DNA from: a virus
Reading direction: 5' to 3' (one strand)
Length of the DNA stretch: 64,000 nt
IMG/VR virus record: IMGVR_UViG_3300026488_000019
Span: 20,996-84,995 of that record
Numbering within the stretch: position 1 is the first letter of the stretch; every line of letters begins with the position of its first letter. The notes under the pieces are model-generated. The model was not told the origin of the DNA and did not search any database. It was given only the letters and a program-made list of their open reading frames with translations. Positions 38,158 through 48,664 of the stretch are shown here, piece by piece. The translations under genes and the position numbers were made by a program.

Positions 38158-38367
38158 ATGAGTAAGAAAACTTACCAATCCTTACAAGAGTGGTTATCTA
38201 CTACTAATCCTATGAACAAACATTACCTAGCTCAGATTATTTCCCTAATAACTATGTTAGAAGTAGGAGATGAAATTAGCTTAGGTTTAGTTAAGGTTAA
38301 GAAAGAGTCTCATACTAATAATGGTTATACTTTCTCAGTTAGTATAGATAGTTCTCTATTAGAGTAA
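38158..38367 (+). CDS. Hypothetical protein
   Basis: AAGGAGG SD. Confidence 0.65.
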   Translation: MSKKTYQSLQEWLSTTNPMNKHYLAQIISLITMLEVGDEISLGLVKVKKESHTNNGYTFSVSIDSSLLE

Positions 38368-38372
38368 TCCCC

Positions 38373-40002
38373 CTATTTTCAGTAGGTATTCTAAGTAATA
38401 CAACAACTTTCCCAACCTAGTAAACTAATAGGAGGAGTTATGATTAAGTTTGAGGAGTATGAAGAGGTATTAGTAGAGTTACAAGATAAGCTAAATGATG
38501 AAAATAGTACTCTAACTTTCCTAGATGTATTAACTAAGTTGATAAGGGATTTATTGGGTACTCATTACAGTAAGTACAGCTGGGTAAAAGGACTTAACTT
38601 TGATGAGATAGCTCCTCAGATAGCTTTAGACTACTACCTTAAGGTAAAGTCTGGGTTAAGGATTAACAAGTGGGGGATTTACCTGAGGAAAAGCTTAGCT
38701 AGTGATTTGGTAAAGTTTGCTCATCCTAAAGATGTGAGCTATGACGACCTGCTTAAAACTCCTTACACTAAAGATGAGGAAGATGATAAGGACTACCTAA
38801 TAGAAATCCAAGAACTGTGGAAAACCCTCTTCCCTCACTTAACTAAATCTGAAATCTTAATCTTGGTAGAACTCTCTACTGAGTATAAACTCTCTCCCTA
38901 CGACAAGGTAAGAGGATTAGCTAAGTACTCTTACAGGAAGAGAATAGAACTAGCTAAAATCTTAATGAAGTTAACTCACTATTACAGAACTAAGGAGGTA
39001 AGCATGAACAGGGTAACATCCAACTCACTGGTAAGAACCTTAGCTGGGATTATGATTTCTCCTTTATTCTTAGTTCTAGACTTAGAAGACATGGCTAAGG
39101 TAATAGCTACTCTAGGAGGTCAAACTGTTCGCATTCCTACCTACACAGAACTCCAAAAGCTAATCCCACTCATCATCCTCTTCTACGAACACAAGATTAA
39201 CAACAAGTCCCTCTCAGAACTCTCTAAAAAATTCAACCTAGACCGTAAAGACCTTTCCCTAATCCTAGACATCTTAAACCAAGTAAAGCTCTCAGACTAC
39301 GAAAAGAAGAACCTAATCATTACCCTTTCCAAACTTACCCAACTGGTAAATACTCAAGACTCCTTCATATCTCAAAGATTACAGGAGATAGAAGATAAGC
39401 TCAGAAAGAACTCCAAAACAGCTCTAGAACTCTACAAATCCCTCTCCAAGGAAGAAGCTAAAGGATTAGAAGACCTAATCAAACTAACTACTGAGATAGT
39501 TAAACTACTCTAACTTACTTACTTATCCTATACTCTCAACACTGTTATACTACTAACTCATATTAACCTAGTTACCCTAACTAACCCTATTAGCTAGCTT
39601 ACTATTCCAGTACTCTAGTTTTGAGTTGGATAGTTAGCTATGTTACATTGTTATATACCCCCTTCTGATATTGTTATAGTTATACTGATATCCTCTATTT
39701 TCAGTAGGTATTACTTGATTTACAATAGCTTTCTAGTATTACTTATTCAGGTAAAGTTATATCTCTATACCTTACATATTCAGTTAGTTAATATCTGATT
39801 AGTAGTATAGTTACTATATAGATCCCCCATTTTCAGTAGGTTTTCCTTGTATTCCATAGGTTATTTCACTATTCATAGAATACTAATTTGATAGAGATAT
39901 ACTGGTAATGGTATAGGTAATAGGTATAGAGTTAGGTAAGTAGGTTAGATAGTTCTCTTATAGTAGTATAAGTATAGATACCCCCTCCTATTTTCAGTAG
40001 GT
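38373..40002. repeat. Four copies of ATTTTCAGTAGGT with similar flanks (about 38373, 39695, 39829, 39988)
   Basis: Each is preceded by a C-rich run; three are followed by ..TACAA. Three lie in the 740-bp non-coding gap. Confidence 0.85.
38440..39513 (+). CDS. Putative transcription regulator; C-terminal Mor-like domain with an internal start at 39004
   Basis: IATLGGQTVRIP followed by an HTH-like SLSELSKKFNL; AAGGAGGT before the in-frame ATG at 39004. Confidence 0.5.
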   Translation: MIKFEEYEEVLVELQDKLNDENSTLTFLDVLTKLIRDLLGTHYSKYSWVKGLNFDEIAPQIALDYYLKVKSGLRINKWGIYLRKSLASDLVKFAHPKDVSYDDLLKTPYTKDEEDDKDYLIEIQELWKTLFPHLTKSEILILVELSTEYKLSPYDKVRGLAKYSYRKRIELAKILMKLTHYYRTKEVSMNRVTSNSLVRTLAGIMISPLFLVLDLEDMAKVIATLGGQTVRIPTYTELQKLIPLIILFYEHKINNKSLSELSKKFNLDRKDLSLILDILNQVKLSDYEKKNLIITLSKLTQLVNTQDSFISQRLQEIEDKLRKNSKTALELYKSLSKEEAKGLEDLIKLTTEIVKLL

Positions 40003-40140
40003 TTCTTAAGTATTACAATATCTATCTCAGGATTAGTAATAGAAAACTTATGAATTACAATAATTAAGAGAAATAGAGATATGGGAAAACTAAGTAACTC
40101 AAGGAGTTATACATATTAGGGAAAATATCTAACTAACCTA

Positions 40141-40233
40141 CCTGAAATTCTAACTCAGACTAGTTTAGTTATGTAGAGTGGGAAAAGTTATATACTCAGC
40201 CTGAAATTCTTAACCAAATCAGTTTAGTTTAGT
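40141..40233 (+). promoter_or_regulatory. Two tandem copies of the CCTGAAATT...GTTTAGTT motif
   Basis: At about 40141-40170 and 40200-40233, upstream of the ATG at 40256. Confidence 0.75.
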
Positions 40234-40255
40234 AGAATAGCAGGAGGTTGTAAGT

Positions 40256-42490
40256 ATGGAATATAAAGTAAAGAGAATAGTTCAGGTTAGTAGATATAAG
40301 AAGTTGGGAGAAGAGGTAGATAAGACTACTGGTATAATCTTCGTTAAGTATTACGATAGACATAAGAAAACTGAGTTTTCAGCTTTCAAGAGTAAGGAAG
40401 ATGCTAGGAAGTACTGGGAATATTGGATTGGACACGACCCAGAGGCTTTAAAGTTCTACATAAGCAGTGCTACGATAGAAGGGGAGTTTTCAGACTTTAC
40501 CAGAGATGTAATTGAGTTTGAAACTCCCAATGGTAATAGATATCTCTCCTACTACAAAACAGACTTCTCCTTTGGTAAGGATTCTAACTTTACCTTTGGA
40601 GTTCATGTTCCTAAAGGTACTACTCCTTACTATCCTACTGGTTGGTGGAATCTAAATGTACCTATGAAACCTGATGACAAGCTAATAGTAGGAGTAGGTT
40701 CTCAGGTTAACATGGGTAAAGCTTTTACTAAGGAGCTAACCATAGATGAGTTCATAAAGCTTATGGAAGCTAAAGGTAAGTTCTACACTCCCTTTGTCTT
40801 TGAGAATAACAAGAGGAATAAAGCTAATGCTTACAGGCCTGATAACACTTTAACGATGATTTGTATTGATGTGGATGACGACCTGAACCTGATAGATGTT
40901 CTGAAAGAAAAAGATAAAAATGGGTTTGTTAATTCTTTTCTTAATAAAGTTACCTACTACCTAGAGCAAGTTAGTAAGAGTGGAGAAGGTTATCACTTCT
41001 TTGTACCTGTAAAGGTAAAAGACACTCAGCAACTCTTAAAAATTCTCAACTACCTTCAGTTAGAGTACAAAGGAATAGCAGACATCTCAGTATTTGAACC
41101 AGCTAGGCTAATCTTCTCCTCTCCTTACAGGATAAAAGAGGTTTCTAGGATAGCAGTTACTAGGAACTTCTATGCTGATGTAGAGCTTACCCAACTAGAA
41201 CCAGCTTCAGAGAGGTTAGAAAGAATTAAATCCCATCAGCTAACTATTGAGGGTCATAAGAACTATGTGAGGAATGATGGAGCTCTCTACATAAGAACCT
41301 ATGTAGATGGAGATAGGTTAGTTAAGTGGTTTGAGGAAAAGCACGGAAAACTAACTAGCAAAAAGCTTTTCTCAGTTCAGATTACTTCTAATCGCCAATC
41401 TATTTCCTCTATAAGCAACGAAAATGGTGAGGTAAATACCCAACCTTTAGGTAAGGGTAAAAAGTCCGATAATGGCCAAATAGATAAACGAGAGAGCAAA
41501 TTTAGGGAAGAGTTAAAAACTAGTACCATAGCAACTGTGAAAGGAGACCTGAACCCAGTTTCAGATAAGAGTAAGGTAAGGGAATACCAGAGTGGGTTAA
41601 TAGGTTTGATTAAAGAGCTTTCCAAGTTAGCAGGATTTAAGCTCTATGAGTTTAATAGATATGATAAAGATGGAAATGTAGTAGGTAAGTATTACCAAAT
41701 TTCAGTATCTCCTGATGAGAAATCTCCTATGGACATATTTCTGTATGATAACAATCCTGAGTTTTTCTACTTTCAATCTCAAAACGCTTTAAGACACTTC
41801 CCTAAGATATTTGAAGAGATAGTTAGTTATACTACTGATGGAAGACCTTGCTTACACATATCTTGGCTAATTAAACTATTAAGCTTTATTTCCAAGAACT
41901 TCAAACCAGACTTTAATACAGCTAAGATTAGGGATTTGATTAAAAAGTATGGAATACATGAGAAGTACCTCTACTCTCACTTTGAGGAAGTAGAAGGATA
42001 TGTAGTAGAGCTAATCAAAGCTCTTATCAAGAAGAAAGGTAAGCCTGTAAGGGTATCTAAATACATTCCTAAAGAGATTATTAGTAAGTCTAAAGTGTGG
42101 AGAAGTTTTAGGAAAGAGTTGGAAAACTTAGGCTTTGTGTTTGAAAGGAAAAGAGGGGGGTTAATAGTATATTGGGATGAAGAAAAGAGGAGTAATATTG
42201 ATTACCTGAAGTATAACTCCAAAGGGCTTTCTCCTAAACTGAGGGAAATTCTTAAGAAGTTCTTTGCAGTAGTAAATCAGGAAACTTGGTTTGAAGAGGT
42301 AGTAGTAATACTAGAAGAAAACTGGGTTAAGCATATGGTTTATTGGGTTAGGAAGATGGTAGGAGAGGAGTTGAGAAAGTGGGAAATGATGTTTAAACGA
42401 AAATTGCGAAGTGGAGAAATGTTGTGGTATGAGGATAAACAAAAGCCTATCAGTGCTTTGTCTTATGTAATCACTAGGATGGTAGCTTAA
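40256..42490 (+). CDS. AEP-superfamily primase-polymerase / replication protein
   Basis: ICIDVDD (DxD), SKSGEGYH and DISVFEPAR motifs. Confidence 0.65.
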   Translation: MEYKVKRIVQVSRYKKLGEEVDKTTGIIFVKYYDRHKKTEFSAFKSKEDARKYWEYWIGHDPEALKFYISSATIEGEFSDFTRDVIEFETPNGNRYLSYYKTDFSFGKDSNFTFGVHVPKGTTPYYPTGWWNLNVPMKPDDKLIVGVGSQVNMGKAFTKELTIDEFIKLMEAKGKFYTPFVFENNKRNKANAYRPDNTLTMICIDVDDDLNLIDVLKEKDKNGFVNSFLNKVTYYLEQVSKSGEGYHFFVPVKVKDTQQLLKILNYLQLEYKGIADISVFEPARLIFSSPYRIKEVSRIAVTRNFYADVELTQLEPASERLERIKSHQLTIEGHKNYVRNDGALYIRTYVDGDRLVKWFEEKHGKLTSKKLFSVQITSNRQSISSISNENGEVNTQPLGKGKKSDNGQIDKRESKFREELKTSTIATVKGDLNPVSDKSKVREYQSGLIGLIKELSKLAGFKLYEFNRYDKDGNVVGKYYQISVSPDEKSPMDIFLYDNNPEFFYFQSQNALRHFPKIFEEIVSYTTDGRPCLHISWLIKLLSFISKNFKPDFNTAKIRDLIKKYGIHEKYLYSHFEEVEGYVVELIKALIKKKGKPVRVSKYIPKEIISKSKVWRSFRKELENLGFVFERKRGGLIVYWDEEKRSNIDYLKYNSKGLSPKLREILKKFFAVVNQETWFEEVVVILEENWVKHMVYWVRKMVGEELRKWEMMFKRKLRSGEMLWYEDKQKPISALSYVITRMVA

Positions 42491-42512
42491 CCAGTATCAC
42501 GAATTACTCAAA

Positions 42513-42578
42513 AGTATTACTTAGTAATACTAAATTTTATTGATCCTAGGAAATTTTGAATAGCAGTATTACTAAGTA
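42513..42578. repeat. Dispersed 66-bp repeat, copy B
   Basis: 63/66 identical to 13131..13196; 19-bp inverted arms flank a 33-bp core. Confidence 0.9.
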
Positions 42579-42625
42579 TTACTAATTTCACAAATCGTAA
42601 TACTACCAAAGTTGGATAATTTTAA

Positions 42626-42658
42626 CCTGAAATTCTAGGTTAGGTTGGTTTAGTTTAG
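42626..42658 (+). promoter_or_regulatory. Copy of the CCTGAAATT...GTTTAGTTTAG motif
   Basis: Matches the reverse complement of the 38003-38036 copy exactly; upstream of 42683. Confidence 0.75.
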
Positions 42659-42682
42659 CAAATAGGTTTTAGAGGTTAAGGT

Positions 42683-42892
42683 ATGACAAAAGTCCTAAAC
42701 ATTTCAGGAAATTGGGATGATAAGGATGTAGTAGGTCGCTTTGACTTTAATACAGAAGAATACTGGTTGGTTATAAGTCAGAATGGTAGAGTAGTAGAGA
42801 TTAATGAAGGAGAGTTTGCGTTGTTCAAATTTCTCCAACTTCTCTTAGATGAAGTTGGGAGTGAAGCTTTAACTAAGCTTAAAGGAGGTTAA
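42683..42892 (+). CDS. Hypothetical protein
   Basis: GAGG SD; follows the promoter motif. Confidence 0.6.
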   Translation: MTKVLNISGNWDDKDVVGRFDFNTEEYWLVISQNGRVVEINEGEFALFKFLQLLLDEVGSEALTKLKGG

Positions 42893-42895
42893 GCT

Positions 42896-43075
42896 ATGGA
42901 AACTAAGTGGAGAATTTTGTTACGCTCTCATCAAATTCCAATCATAATGGAAATTGATTACTGTATAGGTAGATGTAGTCAAAAGTTAACTTGGGATTTA
43001 AAACAGAGATGCATCCTTAAGTGTCTTGACCTAGCTGAATACTTAGTTCGTTTAGCTACAGGAAAATCTTTATAG
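42896..43075 (+). CDS. Unannotated 59-aa Cys-containing protein
   Basis: AAGGAGG SD; METKWRILLRSHQIPIIMEIDYCIGRC...GKSL. Confidence 0.6.
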   Translation: METKWRILLRSHQIPIIMEIDYCIGRCSQKLTWDLKQRCILKCLDLAEYLVRLATGKSL

Positions 43076-43085
43076 GAGGATAGTT

Positions 43086-44024
43086 ATGGGATTCAAGAAA
43101 CCAGACCTAAATGCTATTAGGCAAATGCAAGAGCAGTTCCAATCTTCAAAATCTAACCAAACTGATTACAGGTGGGCTAGCTTACCTGAAAAAGGTGAAA
43201 CCATCAAAGTAAGATTTCTTCCTCCAGTAGGAGAAATGAACCTACCTTTCTTCAAGCTCTATAAACATTACCAAGTACCTAATCCAGAGGGAGAGGGTAC
43301 TCTTAATTTTACTTGTCTTAGAACTTGGAATATGGAATGTCCTATATGTTCTAAGATAGAACATCTAAAGAGAAAATTTGGAGATGACTTTGTTAATCAG
43401 TGGTATGCTAGTATGAGAGGCTTCTTTAACGTACTTATCAAAGACGATGATCCTAGCTATGTATCAGGATTACCTTACATTTTAGGTATGCCTAAATCAG
43501 GATTAATCTGGTTCTTAGGAATAATGGGGGATGAGGACTATGGAGACATAACTGATCCTTATACAGGCTTTTGGGTTAAGATTAGTAGAATGGATAACAA
43601 CCAGCTTAGGTTTGACATAGTTCCTAAACCTAGTCCAATAGCTTCTACTGATGAGGAAATCAACCAAATAGCAGAGCAGTGTTTTGACCTTACTAAGATT
43701 TGGAGAAGTCCTGATGATGAATACATTATAACAGCTAACAAGATAGCTAATAGGATTGAAGCAATAGTTAAAGAGAAAGCAGGATTACTAGAAACAGGTA
43801 AGAGTGTAGTAGAGACTCCTAGCCAAGTCAAACCTAATCCTGTTAACATTGCTAAACCTACTTCAGCTTCTCAACCAGTTCAACCTAAAGTTGAACCTAA
43901 CCAATCTTCTGTTCAAAAGCCTCCAGGAGCTCCAGACTGCTTTGGTAACTTCAATGAAAGTGACACTAGATGTTTAATCTGCATACACGAAATAGAATGT
44001 AGGCAAGCTACTCAAGGAGGGTAA
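43086..44024 (+). CDS. Single-stranded DNA-binding protein (gp32-like)
   Basis: KVRFLPP..H..FTC....CPIC and YGDITDPYTG motifs; C-terminal PDCFG...CLIC..C domain. Confidence 0.75.
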   Translation: MGFKKPDLNAIRQMQEQFQSSKSNQTDYRWASLPEKGETIKVRFLPPVGEMNLPFFKLYKHYQVPNPEGEGTLNFTCLRTWNMECPICSKIEHLKRKFGDDFVNQWYASMRGFFNVLIKDDDPSYVSGLPYILGMPKSGLIWFLGIMGDEDYGDITDPYTGFWVKISRMDNNQLRFDIVPKPSPIASTDEEINQIAEQCFDLTKIWRSPDDEYIITANKIANRIEAIVKEKAGLLETGKSVVETPSQVKPNPVNIAKPTSASQPVQPKVEPNQSSVQKPPGAPDCFGNFNESDTRCLICIHEIECRQATQGG

Positions 44025-44025
44025 A

Positions 44026-44310
44026 ATGTTTAAAATACTTTACATCAATCCTGAACTAGAACCTAGTATTCAAGCTTCAATTAGGAAAAGGTATCAAGAC
44101 TATTTAACAGACAACCCATTATTAGCGATAGTAGAAGTTTCTAATGTAGAAGCTCCTAAGATTGTTAATGAAACAACTGAGGGGGAGAGGTTGGTTATCC
44201 CTCCCTCTCTTTTGGATTCAGTTATGGAAGAAGTTTTATATGCTTTAGAGAATCAAGATGGTAAATATTTGATTTCTTTTATGGAAGGTTTAGTTAAGCA
44301 AAACAACTAG
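44026..44310 (+). CDS. Hypothetical protein
   Basis: GGAGG SD. Confidence 0.6.
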   Translation: MFKILYINPELEPSIQASIRKRYQDYLTDNPLLAIVEVSNVEAPKIVNETTEGERLVIPPSLLDSVMEEVLYALENQDGKYLISFMEGLVKQNN

Positions 44311-44316
44311 GAGAGG

Positions 44317-45459
44317 TTGAGAATGGCTAAAAAGGATGTTGACATCTTTGAAACTGGTTCTGCTTTAGATAAGATTAAAGAGTTAGCTAGTACTTCTTCT
44401 CTTACTTACGAGACTGGTATATATCCTCTAGATGCTTTGCTATCAGGAGGAATACACTCAGGTAAGATTTATGAGGTATTCGGTAAGGAAAGTTCTGGTA
44501 AATCTACTTTAGCTCTACACTTAGCTAAAGCATATTTAGACTTTTGGAAAGATGAAGGTAATGTTCTTTGGATAGAGAGTGAGTCTGCTTTTGATGTTCA
44601 AAGGGCTGTTGCATTTGGAATAGACTTATCTAAAGTGTTAGTTCAAGAGGTAGAGATAGTTGAAGATGGATTTGAGCTAATAGAGAAGGTTCTAAAGAAG
44701 GCTGAGCAAGTAGGTAGAAAAGTGTTTATAGTGTGGGACACTATTGCCTCTTGTTCAACCAAGAAAGAAAAGGATGATGGTCAATTTGGAGGAGGAATTT
44801 CTGAGAAAGCTAGGATGATAAGAAGCCTCTTAAGGAGAATTACTATTCCTCTAGGTAAAACTGATTCAGTATTACTCTTCGTTAACCAAGTATATGATGT
44901 TATAGGTAGCTATACCAATGAGGTAGAAAGTCCTGGAGGTAGAGGAATCAAATTCCATGCTTCTACCAGAATTCTAATAGAACAGAAAGCTCAGATTAAG
45001 AAAATAGTTAACAATGTAGAAATTCCTATTGGGATTAAGTCCAAGCTCACCCTTAAGAAGAACAAGTTAGGATTACCAGGACTTTCAACTATGCTAATTA
45101 TATATGGAGAGAAAGGGATAGATAAATGGGCTACTATAACAGATTTCCTCAAGCAACTGCCTGAAGTTAAGAAGAGTGGAGCTTGGTTTACATTAGAATT
45201 ACCAGATGGAAATTCTATTAAATTTCAAAATGAAAAGCTTTTAAAACAGAAGGTAGAGGAAAATCCTGAGTTAGAGGAATTTATCAAATATCTTATTTAC
45301 AGGTATTATGCTGAACTTTCAATGTTTATGAAAATTAAGTTTTATGATTGGCTTGTTGAAGTAGAAACTAAGTGGTATGGTAAGCCTATTACTCAACTAA
45401 ACGAGGAGGAAGAAAAGCTGTACCAAATCTTTAAAGAGGTAAAGAATGAAGTTGGTTGA
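44317..45459 (+). CDS. recA: RecA/UvsX-like recombinase
   Basis: GKESSGKST, IESESAFD, VWDTIA, FVNQV and PGGRGIKFHAS motifs. Confidence 0.92.
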   Translation: MRMAKKDVDIFETGSALDKIKELASTSSLTYETGIYPLDALLSGGIHSGKIYEVFGKESSGKSTLALHLAKAYLDFWKDEGNVLWIESESAFDVQRAVAFGIDLSKVLVQEVEIVEDGFELIEKVLKKAEQVGRKVFIVWDTIASCSTKKEKDDGQFGGGISEKARMIRSLLRRITIPLGKTDSVLLFVNQVYDVIGSYTNEVESPGGRGIKFHASTRILIEQKAQIKKIVNNVEIPIGIKSKLTLKKNKLGLPGLSTMLIIYGEKGIDKWATITDFLKQLPEVKKSGAWFTLELPDGNSIKFQNEKLLKQKVEENPELEEFIKYLIYRYYAELSMFMKIKFYDWLVEVETKWYGKPITQLNEEEEKLYQIFKEVKNEVG

Positions 45460-45919
45460 AGAGCTTAAAGCTTTGTTAGATTTGCTATATGAAAAAGCGA
45501 GGAAGGTTTCTGATGTAGAGAATAAAGTTACAGGTTTGTGGTATCAAGTAATTAAGCACTTGATTAAACTATACCAGTATCAAGATCCTTACGATAGAGA
45601 TAAACATATAAGAGATTTAGCAACCTATGTGTATGATATACTGGAGTACTTAGACTCTTCCAAATCTCCAGTTTCAGAAAGAAAGCTAAGGAAGTGGTTC
45701 AATTGGGATAACATAGATAGGAGTATAAAGATAAAAATCAGGCAAGTACATAACAGATACACAGCTATTAGACCTAAGTTGTCTGATGAAGAAACTATTA
45801 AGATTGTCAAAGACAAGCTGTCTCAACTTTTACCCTACTTATCTAACATAGACATTGATTGTGTAGAGGGTTGGATTAATCAGATTAGAGTTGAGGTTCA
45901 AAATGAGGATAACTCTTAA
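45446..45919 (+). CDS. DUF29-like helical protein, paralogue of 56594..57043
   Basis: GLWYQVIKHLIKLYQY...DKHIRDL. Confidence 0.55.
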   Translation: MKLVEELKALLDLLYEKARKVSDVENKVTGLWYQVIKHLIKLYQYQDPYDRDKHIRDLATYVYDILEYLDSSKSPVSERKLRKWFNWDNIDRSIKIKIRQVHNRYTAIRPKLSDEETIKIVKDKLSQLLPYLSNIDIDCVEGWINQIRVEVQNEDNS

Positions 45920-47408
45920 AGATAAGATGTGTTACATTGAAGGCTCTCCTTGGGAAATAAGGAGAGCCAAATCTATTTTAACTTGGAAGGATAAGAATAC
46001 AGGGTTTTCTTACTACCTATTTAGAGAGTTAGAGAAAAATAAGCTATTGGAAACTTACTGGGGAATTTACTTTTACTTAAAAGATTGGGTTAAACATGAG
46101 TTAGTTTTAGAGACTGATTACTACCCAATCTTGCTTAGATTAGGTAAAGTTCAACCTAAGTTAGTTAAGGAAATTGATTCCAATCTCCTTCCAGGAATTA
46201 CTTTATTCCCTCATCAAGTGGTAGGGGTTAGGAAAGCTCTTCTTTATAAAGTTGGTGTTTTGGAAATGGCAACTTCTTCAGGAAAAACTTTTACATTTAT
46301 AGCTACTATTAAATGGATTTTGGAAAATGAAAAACCTGATGCTAAATTTTTGGTAGTTGTTCCTTCTGAGTTTCTACTTGAACAAACTTATAAGAATTTT
46401 TTAAAAGTAGGTTTTAATGAGGATCAGATTGGATTATTCTATGGTAAACGAAAAGAATTAAAACAAATAACAATAGGGGTAATAAATTCTATTAATCTTG
46501 CGTTTAAGAGAGAAGATTTGAATTTCCTTAATTGGCATAGGGATTTATATGGGTTAATTTTGGATGAATTTCACAGAGGGCGTTCTGATTCTTATAAGAA
46601 ACTTGTTTTGAATTCTATGCATGCTGAATATATTTTGGGCTATACAGGTTCTCCTTTTAAAGAATCAGTTGAGACTAATTTTGGTGATGCTATTATTCAG
46701 GCTATTTCAGGAGGAATAATTTATAGAGTAACTTTTCCTTATCTTGCTAAAGCTGGATTAATATCACGAATGTATGTTTATTTTGAAAAGCTTTCTGGTC
46801 AATTTAGTCAATTTCCTACTAATTGGAATTCTGTTTATGAGAAATATATAGTAGAGAACAAAGAGCGTAATGAGAAGATTATTGAATGGATTAGGTTTTT
46901 CCAAGAGTGGAGAGTTCCAACTTTAGTATTGGTTCAAAGGTTAGCTCATGGTAAAAAACTACTTAACATGCTTAATGATGACAAATCAGTTTGTATATTT
47001 GGAGGAGGAGAGTGTTATATCTGTGAGCATAGAGGACTGGTTAACATAGGAGAGATAGATTACTCAGAGCTAAAAAGGAAAGTAGAGAATGGAGAAATTT
47101 TAACGATTATAGCTTCCCAAGTTATGGATGAAGGAGTTGACTTGCCTGAAGTTGGAGCAGTTATAATGGCTGGAGCAGGCAAGTCTTCTATCAAGCTGAA
47201 ACAAAGAATAGGTAGAGGAGCTAGGAAAGGTTCTACAGGAGTTAGCTTTCTAGTTGACTTCAAAGATATTGGTCATGTTTACCTTTATGCTCAGTATAAG
47301 AAAAGGAAGAAACTTTACCAAGAACAAGCTATTGAAGAGATAGATAATTCAGTTGAATTTAAGAAGAAGGTAATAGAAGTTTATGGAGAGGTAAACAAAG
47401 ATGTTTAG
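45891..47408 (+). CDS. SF2 DNA helicase (UvsW-like)
   Basis: HQ..ATSSGKT, DEFH, TGSP, DEGVDLP and QRIGRGAR motifs. Confidence 0.9.
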   Translation: MRFKMRITLKDKMCYIEGSPWEIRRAKSILTWKDKNTGFSYYLFRELEKNKLLETYWGIYFYLKDWVKHELVLETDYYPILLRLGKVQPKLVKEIDSNLLPGITLFPHQVVGVRKALLYKVGVLEMATSSGKTFTFIATIKWILENEKPDAKFLVVVPSEFLLEQTYKNFLKVGFNEDQIGLFYGKRKELKQITIGVINSINLAFKREDLNFLNWHRDLYGLILDEFHRGRSDSYKKLVLNSMHAEYILGYTGSPFKESVETNFGDAIIQAISGGIIYRVTFPYLAKAGLISRMYVYFEKLSGQFSQFPTNWNSVYEKYIVENKERNEKIIEWIRFFQEWRVPTLVLVQRLAHGKKLLNMLNDDKSVCIFGGGECYICEHRGLVNIGEIDYSELKRKVENGEILTIIASQVMDEGVDLPEVGAVIMAGAGKSSIKLKQRIGRGARKGSTGVSFLVDFKDIGHVYLYAQYKKRKKLYQEQAIEEIDNSVEFKKKVIEVYGEVNKDV

Positions 47409-47877
47409 CTTACTAGAGCTAATTCCTAAAAGTGTAGCAGAAAAGCTTAAAACTCTTCAAGTTGAGGAACTTAACAGGTATGTTCAATATCTAAAGGAAA
47501 CTGTTAAGGAAAGGGTAATAACTCTTTTGCATTACAGAAACCATAACTTGGAAGCTCTATCTTCTATACCTGAATTTCCTTACCAAGTAGGTTTATTTTG
47601 GGTAGGACAGTTAGATTCTAGAAGGAGGTTAGAACAAGATAGAGATGATCCTTTAATTGTTCAAACCATTTGGAATAAGGACATTTTCCTATTCCCTACT
47701 CTAGTGTTCCAATCTCAACAAGATTTAGAAAATTGGTTAGATAACCAAATCTGGGATAATCAACCTTTTTTGTATAGGGAGGGTAAGGTTTACTACTACG
47801 AAAACTTCTTACCTTTGGGAGATAAAAGGTATTCTTCAATATCAATATTTTACAATAAGTTATATCCTCTTTTGTGA
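47401..47877 (+). CDS. Hypothetical protein
   Basis: GAGG SD; in the operon. Confidence 0.6.
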   Translation: MFSLLELIPKSVAEKLKTLQVEELNRYVQYLKETVKERVITLLHYRNHNLEALSSIPEFPYQVGLFWVGQLDSRRRLEQDRDDPLIVQTIWNKDIFLFPTLVFQSQQDLENWLDNQIWDNQPFLYREGKVYYYENFLPLGDKRYSSISIFYNKLYPLL

Positions 47878-48074
47878 GGTGGGTTATGCCATGTATCCCT
47901 TACTGGGAATTGATAAGAGGAAAGTGGGTGTTCAAAATTCTAATAGTAAGTGATAGGGATAAGGTTATTTACGATGGTGAATTTAACAAGAAGGATCAAG
48001 AGCTACTTAAACTAATTGAAGAGTATTCAGATGATTTTGAAAGGTTTAAACAAAGATATCTAAAGGAGGGTTAG
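47874..48074 (+). CDS. Hypothetical protein
   Basis: Short ORF in the operon. Confidence 0.5.
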   Translation: MRWVMPCIPYWELIRGKWVFKILIVSDRDKVIYDGEFNKKDQELLKLIEEYSDDFERFKQRYLKEG

Positions 48075-48076
48075 AT

Positions 48077-48664
48077 ATGTTAGTTCCAGTACTTACTACC
48101 AACATGGTTTATATCCCTGATTTTTGTCCTCAGTGTGGTAATTCTTTATCAGTTAAGTTTTCATTTGAAAATGGTATGCCTTTCATAGCTTGTGATAATT
48201 GTGACTACAAGAGAGAGTTCATTCTCTTTAAAGAATGTCCTAAGTGTGGAGGTAAAATGAAGTACATTCATAAACACAACAAGTTTAAATGTGATGGTTG
48301 TAATACTTGGTATGAAGTAGAGTTGAAAGAGTCTGATTCTTCTAGAGGAGGAAATTTCCAAATATTGGAAACTCTTTTAAATAAGGAAAATTTTAAGGGG
48401 GTTGATTCAGCAGAATACTCAAAAGATTTAATCGTCTCTCTTCCAGATTCTAATAGTCAAACAGAAATACGAAATGTTTGGAAAGAAGTATTTAGTGAAC
48501 CCTTACAAAAGGGAATAATTGATCACATTCTGAATTCAGAACAATTTGAGAAAGGAATAGAGAAAAAGATAACAGAATATGTTACTGAGAAATTGAAAGA
48601 ACAAATTAGCATACAAGTAATTGATGATATAGTTAGTGCTCTTGAGACTTATAAAAGAATTTAA
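48077..48664 (+). CDS. Double zinc-ribbon protein
   Basis: CPQC..CDNC..CPKC..CDGC. Confidence 0.65.
   Translation: MLVPVLTTNMVYIPDFCPQCGNSLSVKFSFENGMPFIACDNCDYKREFILFKECPKCGGKMKYIHKHNKFKCDGCNTWYEVELKESDSSRGGNFQILETLLNKENFKGVDSAEYSKDLIVSLPDSNSQTEIRNVWKEVFSEPLQKGIIDHILNSEQFEKGIEKKITEYVTEKLKEQISIQVIDDIVSALETYKRI

Noticed and set aside
38373-40020. ATTTTCAGTAGGT repeats as a mini-CRISPR array
   Set aside because: Spacing is long and irregular (about 130, 160 and 1300 bp), the repeat flanks are degenerate, and no cas genes are present.
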